This document shows positions 27,584 to 35,848 of a DNA stretch of 35,848 nt, piece after piece (position 1 is the first letter of the stretch; the number at the start of each line of letters is the position of its first letter). Source of the stretch: Trichosphaerium sp. ATCC 40318 (lineage: Eukaryota > Protista > Tubulinea). A model generated the notes under the pieces. That model worked only from the letters and a program-made list of their open reading frames with translations. It did no database searches and was not told where the DNA came from. The position numbers were made by a program, and so were the translations under genes. The stretch lies in assembly GCA_038496445.1 (NCBI GenBank), contig JALMLS010000428.1, forward strand, positions 1-35,848, written 5' to 3'.

Positions 27584-28474
27584 CTACCTACATACTGTAA
27601 CACCTCTTTGTGCCAAAGCAATTAGACACTTGTTTGTAATATTACAATTTTGTAATTGTAATACTTTGACGCCGGTAAGTTGATCAATCCAATAATCACT
27701 GGCACTAGTATACGATAATTTAACTTCATATGCGTCTGATATATCTTTCATACAGGATCCAGTTACTCCCAAACACCAAGATATATCAATAGTGTGCACA
27801 CCAGCAAGAGCTGATATACCTTTGTCGGTCACGTTTGTGCTACATAGGTATATTTTATGTACACCTGCCAATGATGAGATACCTTTATCTGAGATGCGTT
27901 TACAACCACTTAAATCGATTGTATGTACACCAGCTAATTTATGCAGTATGTCATCTGTAAGTATTTTCGATGATGGTAAACTAATACTCGGTATTCCAGT
28001 AAGAAAAAGTAACGTCAATTGATAATACCCTACATCTATCAGACAAATTGTTTTAAGATTTTTAACAAGTGGTCCTATTCCGAAATCTGTAATGCGTTTA
28101 CAATCTTGTAGTGTTAAAGATTGAACACCAGTAGCACGGTGTAACCCTCTATCGGTGATACCATGATTTGTACGAAGGAATAGCCTGCGAACACCTGAAA
28201 TTAGAGAAAGATCTGAGTCTGTTGCTTCTATGAAATCTCCAAAGTATATTTCCGTGTTTATTAGTAGTGGACTTCCTGAAAGACGTGAACAGTCTGATCT
28301 TGATTTAACAGAGATTCGTTTGTATCCCACGTGGTGTAGTATTATGGATGATAATCGTTTACAGCTTTGAGAAGCGGGGAATCTATAACTGCGGTCTAAA
28401 AAATCAAGCAAGTGCGCCAGTATCTCTGTCGGTATGTCTAGAAGTTCTATAGTTTCCCGTTCGTCTTTACTCAT
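27584..28474 (-). CDS. F-box/leucine-rich-repeat protein (296 aa, intronless)
   Basis: LLDIPTEILAHLLDFLD F-box, then GVHTIDLSGCKRISDKGISSLA-type repeats. Confidence 0.9.
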   Translation of the reverse strand: MSKDERETIELLDIPTEILAHLLDFLDRSYRFPASQSCKRLSSIILHHVGYKRISVKSRSDCSRLSGSPLLINTEIYFGDFIEATDSDLSLISGVRRLFLRTNHGITDRGLHRATGVQSLTLQDCKRITDFGIGPLVKNLKTICLIDVGYYQLTLLFLTGIPSISLPSSKILTDDILHKLAGVHTIDLSGCKRISDKGISSLAGVHKIYLCSTNVTDKGISALAGVHTIDISWCLGVTGSCMKDISDAYEVKLSYTSASDYWIDQLTGVKVLQLQNCNITNKCLIALAQRGVTVCR

Positions 28475-28790
28475 TAGGGAACTGTTTTTTTATGATTTGA
28501 GGCGTGTATTTCTTAGTAGTACAATGCCTATGAGCGTAGCGCCGGTTGAGGCTGTTGTGTAATATAAATGGATCTTACTCATTTTGACTCCAAGGATCTT
28601 TGCGAACCGCATTGTACTACTGGTAACCGTTTTTTTGTTCATTTTTCTTGTAATACAACACAACACGTGTCTAGAATTTAGGTGTCGGTTTTCGGTGTAC
28701 ACGAATAAGAAGGTATTTACAACTTTAACAAAAAAAGAAGACAAAAGAGCTTTATTTAAAGAGCTCTGTACAGTATATCGTTGTCATCAT

Positions 28791-30838
28791 CTACGGCTGA
28801 TATTCACCATCAAATACAGTAGTACCAGTATTTTCAGGATCTAACCATACATCCAAACGATCAGCATCGCTGGAACCAGCAGCCCATGAATAAGAGATCT
28901 AATACAAAATGTCAAAAAAACCACGACCCTTTTATTTTATTTTCTGTCTTCACGTGCCTTTCCGTATACATCGTAGTCAATTCTGTAGCATGAAGCGGCA
29001 CCTCCATGTAGTTGACCAACAACACGTCCATCCTGATCAAAAAGAGCAGAACCAGATGAACCAGGCTCAGTTGTACCGTCATCCCAGAAGTTTACTCTCC
29101 AATGAGTATCCCTGTATTGACCAGACCATTGAGAAGAAGTAACACGGTCCTTGTTTACAGCGATTTTCTAAAAATAAACACAACAGTATTAGCTGACAAC
29201 GAACAGAAAACAAGTTAAACAGATGTAATTATTCACGTGAATTTTTATCAAAAAAAAGTTACGTCACGTGACTTTTTTCAATTCGCAAAAAACCGAGAAA
29301 TCATTACCTTGATGTCTCCAGATGGGTGCGAGATACCAACAGTTGATACAGCAGGTACATTGACAGCAGACCAACCGGCAAAAAAGACTAAAAAGGATTA
29401 AACACAAATCATCTAAAAGTGCGCTAGTGATTGTTTACCATTGTATGATTTTGGAATTGCTTCACTAAGCTCTACCAAAGCAAAGTCTGAAGCAGCACCT
29501 CTAGCAAGAAGTGTACCACCTTGAATAGAATCAGTTTTTTGGCCAATATCACCATCACATGTTGGGGATTGGTAGTTGAATACGTAGACCTGAAAGAGAA
29601 CAGTTAGCACAAAAGCTCAAATAACTTTTCGTTATTTTTTTTATAAACTTCCAAAAGACGTACCCATGTGGAAGGGTTGCCCAAACAGTGGTTGGCGGTA
29701 AGGAAAAGAGGTTTGAAATCTTTTTTAGTATTGTGGAGAATACTTCCAGTACATACGGCATTACCGGATCCAGTGGTGATCAAAGCAACTGCTTGTGATT
29801 GATCTTGCCAATCGCTAAATTCGTTTAGAAAAAAACCTTGTTGAAAATATTTTCAACTCAAAACCGTACTCGGCTTCTGGGCAAGCAACGTTGATATTAC
29901 AGAACTCAGATGGTCCTCTAGTGAGCTGAGAAAATACTGGTCTGTAAGCGTGGACAATAGTAGAGATAGCAATCTCTCCCTTGAACGCTGTGTCGATCAA
30001 CTCATTGTACTATATAAACAAAGTTAACCATAAAACAACGCGAACCAAAAATATCAAAAAAAGAAAGGGTTCACAATAGATCACAGTCACGTGTTATGCG
30101 TATTTAAAAATAAAGCAATAGCGCAATAAAAATACGTACCTCAATGACGAGCTCTGTACCAGATATTGGTTGAATAGCCATCAAATAGTCGTTCTTGTTG
30201 TTGTCTTCGGTAAAAGCACCGAGAGTTGTTTTGAAGTCTGGGGTGTAGACATACAAGCTAGCTCCAGGAGGTAGTCTATAACGCGAGAAGACAAGATTGA
30301 TTGAATAAGCGTGATCACATTTAATAGCAAGACGCCAAAGTCTGTACTTTCCAGCTACAAAAAAAAACCAAAGTTAGTCCGTTTAACAGCGGAAAAATTC
30401 AATCACGTGATTTAAAAATTTTTCATTTTGGAGGTGACTTTTCTTTTGTAATTTTAATAACACGAAACGACATAAACATGATGATAATAAAGACGATACC
30501 TGTTCGCAAAAAAAAGAGAACAAACAAAAAAAAATTACGTGTTTTTACGTTCAAGTGGATAGAAATTGTTACTTACCTTTCTCTACTTGCCATACACCTG
30601 AGTTATCAGTTGTAATATTAACGAAGAAAGGATATCCGAAGCGGTATGGTAATTTTACATCAGAAACGCGGTTCATCTCATCTTCTTCCATCATGGCATA
30701 CGCATCAACGTGTCCAGTCTTGTAGACAGGTGTTTCTGCCAACTCTTTGATTTTGAAGCTTCTTGGGGTACCAGGCCTCGAAACTTGTGCTAAAGCACAA
30801 GCAAGTAAGATAGTGAATGTTACCAAGGTGATTTGCAT
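28791..30838 (-). CDS. Secreted trypsin-like serine protease of the bacterial lysyl-endopeptidase (Achromobacter protease I-like) type, about 8 exons
   Basis: Signal peptide, long pro-region (YRFGYPF...GVW...WRLAI...GAFTEDNN), CNINVAC, CTGSILHN, catalytic triad motifs FLTANHC, SDFALVEL and TEPGSSGSALF, plus HPSGDIK and GQLHGG. Confidence 0.9.
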
Positions 30839-31146
30839 CTTGTTAGGAACAGCTAAACTGAAAAAAGAAGTCAAATACCGTTGACTTTTTTGACGAAATA
30901 AATCAAAGGTAAAAATGAACCACAATCCCGCCTCCACTGTGCTAGCGTAGTGGTGTTGTTTCCATAGATGCAGTACCAGTGCTTATAATGCATTTCCGGA
31001 AACTAACGTCGAAAAAAGCAGTTTTGTTCGTATGTTGAACTGTGTAAGTTTGGCACGTGATTCTTTTTTTGGGTTGGCTTAATTTTTTTCGAACTTGGAA
31101 CCTTCCACTAGCGTAAATCAACTTATAGCGAGGTTGTGATTTTAAA

Positions 31147-32466
31147 ATGAACGCGCGTGAACAGCAAACGATAGAAAGTGGTTCAAATCACCAAACCTTC
31201 GACCTAATCGCGCTGCCAGTTGAGGTTATTGTGCATATTCTCAAACAAGGGACGTATACGCTTCGTACAGCCCAAACATGCCATCTTTTGCGAGATATTG
31301 TTCACAACTACGTTGGATACGAAAACATTGTCGTAATGAACGACAGAGAGCTGACTAGACTTTCGGGAAGCCCTCTACTTCAAAATACAACAATAACTTT
31401 ATCTAATATTGACGTCCATGCTACTGACAGCAACATGCTTTTACTTTCAGGCGTCCATACTATTAATCTTTTTTGTTCTGAAATAACAGATAGGGGTATT
31501 AAAGCATTATCAGGCGTGAACAACATTAATTTGTCAGATTGTCGAAGAATTACAGACAAGGGCATCAAACTATTATCTGGAGTACACGTGATTAATCTAC
31601 GGAATACAGACGTTACAGACAATGGATTAAAGTCACTGAAAGGTGTACATACTATAAACCTAGCACATTGTAAAGGAATAACAGATGAAGGCGTCAAAAA
31701 GCTTAAGGGTGTTCATACAATTGATTTAACTAATACAAGTGTTTCTGATGAATGTTTAAACGTGTTGAAAGGTGTACATACTATAGACTTAACTTGGTGT
31801 AAAAATATAACAGATGAGGGTATCAAGTTACTGAGCGGTGTGCATAAAATCCGTTTGTTTGGAACTAATGTTACAGGCAATGGTTTGAAGGCATTGGCAG
31901 GCGTACGTACGATCACATTACCTCATAAGCACATCACAGATGATGATTTGAAACCATTGAAAGGTGTCCATACCATTGATTTGGGTCAGTGCGTATTAAT
32001 TACAGATAAGAGCATCAAAACATTGTCTGGCGTACATATGATTGATCTACACTACACAGCAGTTACTGATGATGGTATCAAGGCACTAGCTGGTGTACAT
32101 ACTATTGATCTAGCATCAACAAAAGTTACAGGTGAATGTTTAAAGGCATTACAAGGAGTGCATGAAATTAACTTATCTCACACGAAAATTACAGATGATC
32201 ATTTGAAGTATCTAGCTTCTGCTCATACAGTCAATATCTTCGACTGTAAGCAAGTTACAGACTTGGGTATTGCAGAACTTGTTGAAGTTCATATTCTTAA
32301 TATTGATTCATGTTCAAAAGTAAAAGGTGAGAGCTTGTGTACACTCTCATATTTAAAGGAATTGAAACATAGTAGTACTGTCAACAAAGATATCATTTAT
32401 GATTTGAAAAAAATAGGTGTAGAAGTGTACCTTGTAGAACGTGGTGTCTATATTTATACTGATTAA
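31147..32466 (+). CDS. F-box/leucine-rich-repeat protein (439 aa, intronless)
   Basis: LIALPVEVIVHIL F-box; about 13 short LRRs; shares the RLSGSPLLxNTxI linker with 27584-28474. Confidence 0.92.
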   Translation: MNAREQQTIESGSNHQTFDLIALPVEVIVHILKQGTYTLRTAQTCHLLRDIVHNYVGYENIVVMNDRELTRLSGSPLLQNTTITLSNIDVHATDSNMLLLSGVHTINLFCSEITDRGIKALSGVNNINLSDCRRITDKGIKLLSGVHVINLRNTDVTDNGLKSLKGVHTINLAHCKGITDEGVKKLKGVHTIDLTNTSVSDECLNVLKGVHTIDLTWCKNITDEGIKLLSGVHKIRLFGTNVTGNGLKALAGVRTITLPHKHITDDDLKPLKGVHTIDLGQCVLITDKSIKTLSGVHMIDLHYTAVTDDGIKALAGVHTIDLASTKVTGECLKALQGVHEINLSHTKITDDHLKYLASAHTVNIFDCKQVTDLGIAELVEVHILNIDSCSKVKGESLCTLSYLKELKHSSTVNKDIIYDLKKIGVEVYLVERGVYIYTD

Positions 32467-32810
32467 ATATTTAATTAAATTTTGTCATTAACTGATATCC
32501 AACTTTTTTGTAGTAAACAATACAACCTAAAACACGTGATTGTTCATTGAGGTTTTTTAATTAAAGTTCTCAAGACAATGGTAGAAAAGTTCCCGTTTCA
32601 TACTTGAAAAATCATTTGTTGAAGTTAAATCAATCTAATCAGTTCACCATAATGAGGTCATAACATGGAGTCGCAATGTTTGTTATTCGTTAATGCCATG
32701 CCCACAATGTATTACATAATTTCCCGAGAGATGGGCCAAAGTGAAATCGAACAGGTTCTATATGAACAAAAACTGGCAAGACAAATATCACAATCTTTTT
32801 TATTTACATA

Positions 32811-33962
32811 TTAATAGAACAGTACATCAATAAAAAGCTTGTGCCATGATTTACTATACTTCTTTTGAAGTACACCATTCATAAAATAGTACTTTGATCT
32901 CAATTTACCATTATCATACCAAAGATATCTCTTTCCTTGTAGTTTATCTTCAACATAAAAACACTTTTCTTTCAAGTTACCATTTTCATACCACCACTTC
33001 TTCTCTCCTTCAAGCTTACTCTTGACAAAATTAGATCGACTCATTACTCTACCGTGATAATAATAGCATGTTTGAGTTCCTTCTATTCTACCTTTGACAT
33101 AAGAACACGTGCTCATCAACTGACCATTGAAATACCAAGTCTTTTTCTCTCCTTCTATTTTGCCATTAACGTAATTGCAATGCTCTTTAATTTGACCATT
33201 ACTGTAGTAGCATATTTTCTCTCCTTCAAGTTTACCATTATGATAATTCCTTTCAAACACGTGACCACTCCTATACCACTCTGTATGTTTACCATCTCGT
33301 ATACCGTTGATATAATACCCTTGCCTTGACAATTTACCATCCCAATGCCATCGTGTGTACTCTCCTTCTTTTTTACCTTTTACGAAGAAACACGTCTCTT
33401 CTATTTGTCCGTTATAATACCACTGCTCGAGTTTGCCATCAAGTTCGCCATTGGCAAAGCGAGTATGTCGGTGTAATGAACCGTTACTGTACCACTTTTT
33501 ATACTCTCCTTCTCGCTTATCGTTGATGTAATGACAGTGTTCTTTTAAGGTCCCATTTCTGTGCCATTTCTTAAACTCTCCTTCTTGCTTTCCGTTGACA
33601 TAAAAACTCTTCTTTAGTTGACCGTTCTTGTACCACTTCTTGATCTTGCCTTGTAGTTTATCATTGACGAAATACCCTTGTTCTCTCAATTGACCACTGT
33701 GGTTATACTTCAACCACTTGCCCGTCTTTTTCATATCATAGTTATACCGTGTTGACATTGCTGCATGTTTTGAAAGCAGAGGCCATTTTAAATAGACTTC
33801 GGGATCTAAATCGCAAATATCAAGCTGTATCTCTGCCGGAAGGCTAAATAGGTAGCAACCGCGATGAGCACTTGATGTTATTGAGGTTACAGATTTACTC
33901 TAGCGATGATAGTTAGACAATTATAAATAGTAAGAATTTAATAGTACCCGCTTTGATGACAT
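32811..33962 (-). CDS. F-box + MORN-variant repeat protein (2 exons)
   Basis: MSSKR, then a 48-nt intron (GTACTA...CTAAC...CTAG), then SKSVT...YLFSLPAEIQLDICDLD (F-box-like), continuing in frame into the tracked ORF with about 12 EGExKxWYxNGxLxxxxxYxNGK repeats. Confidence 0.88.
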
Positions 33963-34621
33963 TGTAGAATCAGAGACGTGGTGTGTTATTCGTTGTTTTA
34001 TGAATTAATTAACAAATAAATGCGTTCACGAAAGTGATGCGATGAGATCACGTGAATACACAAAATCCCCAAGTCTCACGACTTCAATTCTGAGCGGGGA
34101 ACACGTGAGGAAGGTTAAAACGTATTTTGGTGCATTATTCTTTGCCTACACTTGATAAGGTGATAATTAAAACTCACAAAGTATTCGTTATATCCTTGAA
34201 TATTCTGATATTTGTATCACGTGATACACGAGACTATAATTAACGGGGACTTTTGGTTCCACAAAACCGGGAAATATTTTTTCCCACATCAATTAATAGC
34301 GCTAGACAACGTGACAACTAGTACTAAAACTCTTACGCCATTGTAGACCGATATAGAAATACGCAAACGATCAAATCATTCGCCAAACTTCAGAACTTTC
34401 AAATTACTTTTGAACCTATTTTGTTACTGGTGATGTCTCACCCGTTATTCAGTGCGTGAGGAGTAGTTTTTACGCGGCTAAAGCCTGCTAGTTCTTTTTT
34501 TCGTTCAACGAATCTCAAAAGCGTTTTTAATAGACAAACCCGCATTTAAAACGTTGGGTTAGGTGTATTATAGTGGTATCAATATAAAAACAGTCAATAT
34601 TGTTAAACGGGTTTAAGATAT

Positions 34622-35200
34622 TTATTGATAGAGTTTCTGTTGTGTTTCTTCAACAGTACACACATGACAAAGAGTATACTCGAACTTAAAGCCAGAAAAC
34701 CATCCTTTCTTAACTGCAAACAACTGGCAAACTGTTTCGTCGTTATCTAGGTTGAACCTGAACATATCTTCATTACCACTTCCAGACACCTTAACTCTTT
34801 GACTGCCTCTGAAACTAGTAAACAACGGCTCATCAAATATTCCTTCAATAAGACGTTCCAGTTGCCACCATCGTCTTACTTCGTACTGTCTAGTGTACTT
34901 TGGATCACATTCGATACCGTCTGTGCAAATTCTAAAGTCAACTGCGCTGTCTGTGACGAATTCGCGGTCTTCGCCGGTTCTTCGTCTGAAATTCTCTCTA
35001 GGTGGGTCGTAGGTTGTAGAGTATTCTGAATACATGTTTGTTTCGTCGTAGACGATGTTGTCTCCTTTAATCAACCAAGCTTTGCAATTAAAGTCTTGAG
35101 ACGTCTTCATAGTAACCTTAGGTACTGGCCTATACCGTACTGCGTTGCACAAGACGACAATGCTCAGTAACAGTACTGAGAGGATATTAAACGTGCCCAT
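34622..35200 (-). CDS. Hypothetical secreted protein (192 aa, intronless)
   Basis: Signal peptide MGTFNILSVLLLSIVVLCNA; mature part has 6 Cys and several aromatic residues. No family recognised. Confidence 0.7.
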   Translation of the reverse strand: MGTFNILSVLLLSIVVLCNAVRYRPVPKVTMKTSQDFNCKAWLIKGDNIVYDETNMYSEYSTTYDPPRENFRRRTGEDREFVTDSAVDFRICTDGIECDPKYTRQYEVRRWWQLERLIEGIFDEPLFTSFRGSQRVKVSGSGNEDMFRFNLDNDETVCQLFAVKKGWFSGFKFEYTLCHVCTVEETQQKLYQ

Positions 35201-35848
35201 CGTTTGTTTATGCTTCTGGGTAATGCCACTCGTGTTGTTTAAACGAAATAAAGGTGAGCTAGAAAAGTGATCTTAAAAAGCTTGACTATTTCTTGTTTTG
35301 TACATACATTGCTCGTTTATGGTAAGCGCACTTCCTTTCCGTATTTTGGGTGTACAAAGCCCGTTTGTCGAATACTTGCAGTACTACCGTAGTTAAGATT
35401 ATGATAACGTTCAAGAAATTTCCTATTTTAGAATGAGTCAAGTTCGTAAAAAAGCTAGCTAAGTCGCACATCATTTGGATTCTATATAAACTTAGAACCT
35501 ACTCCTTTTAGTTTACAACACACTTCTAAGTAAGAGTTTGATATTGGATCATGTGGCTTGTTGCTTGAAAGATACATCGTTTAGTAGTGCCTTGCCATAG
35601 CTCCTTTGTATATTGCTGACATATACCAATTACGACCGCATTGCAATTTCATGTATTATATGCACCAAAATGGCCGAGTATCATGGGCTTATTTAGTCTA
35701 AATAGACAAAAATTTTGCTCGCAAAGTTTACACACAAGTGCAATTTGTGAGTTAACTTAAATCTATCTTTCACCTACTTAGAACCGATCAAAAGTCTTCT
35801 TCTATTTACCCATCCAATGCGATTAGCATTTTGGTAGCTTTATAATCA

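Noticed and set aside
31380-31916. Antisense ORFs over LRR, MORN, helicase and protease genes
   Set aside because: These are shadow frames of the real coding strand with no independent protein signal.
27584-33962. Endogenous giant-virus segment
   Set aside because: No viral core genes are visible; the F-box repeat genes are interleaved with intron-rich host genes and one carries a spliceosomal intron.

Overview
AT-rich (roughly 35% GC by eye), intron-dense eukaryotic DNA with short GT-AG introns, most likely from an amoeba-like protist; the taxon is an inference from gene content. From left to right: a partial secreted endonuclease/exonuclease/phosphatase gene; spliceosomal helicase DHX15/PRP43; an F-box-MORN pseudogene; a strongly divergent 14-3-3; an orphan ORF; a 3.94-kb Mutator-like (MULE) transposon with a 9-bp TSD, hairpin-containing imperfect TIRs and a multi-exon transposase ending in a Tudor-like domain; a secreted CBM6 + DUF5060 protein of bacterial type; an LRR relic; a small 8-Cys secreted protein; a disrupted gene fusing an F-box to a degenerate G-protein alpha subunit; a secreted Cys-rich protein with a SAP-like tail; two intronless F-box-LRR paralogues flanking a bacterial-type lysyl-endopeptidase-like protease; an F-box-MORN gene; and a secreted orphan. 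The most striking signals are the F-box adaptor repertoire (LRR, MORN and G-alpha cargo, intact and dead copies), the F-box/G-alpha fusion, the hairpin-ended MULE and a roughly 10-fold excess of CACGTG. All gene models, alignments and counts were made by eye; no database searches were run.
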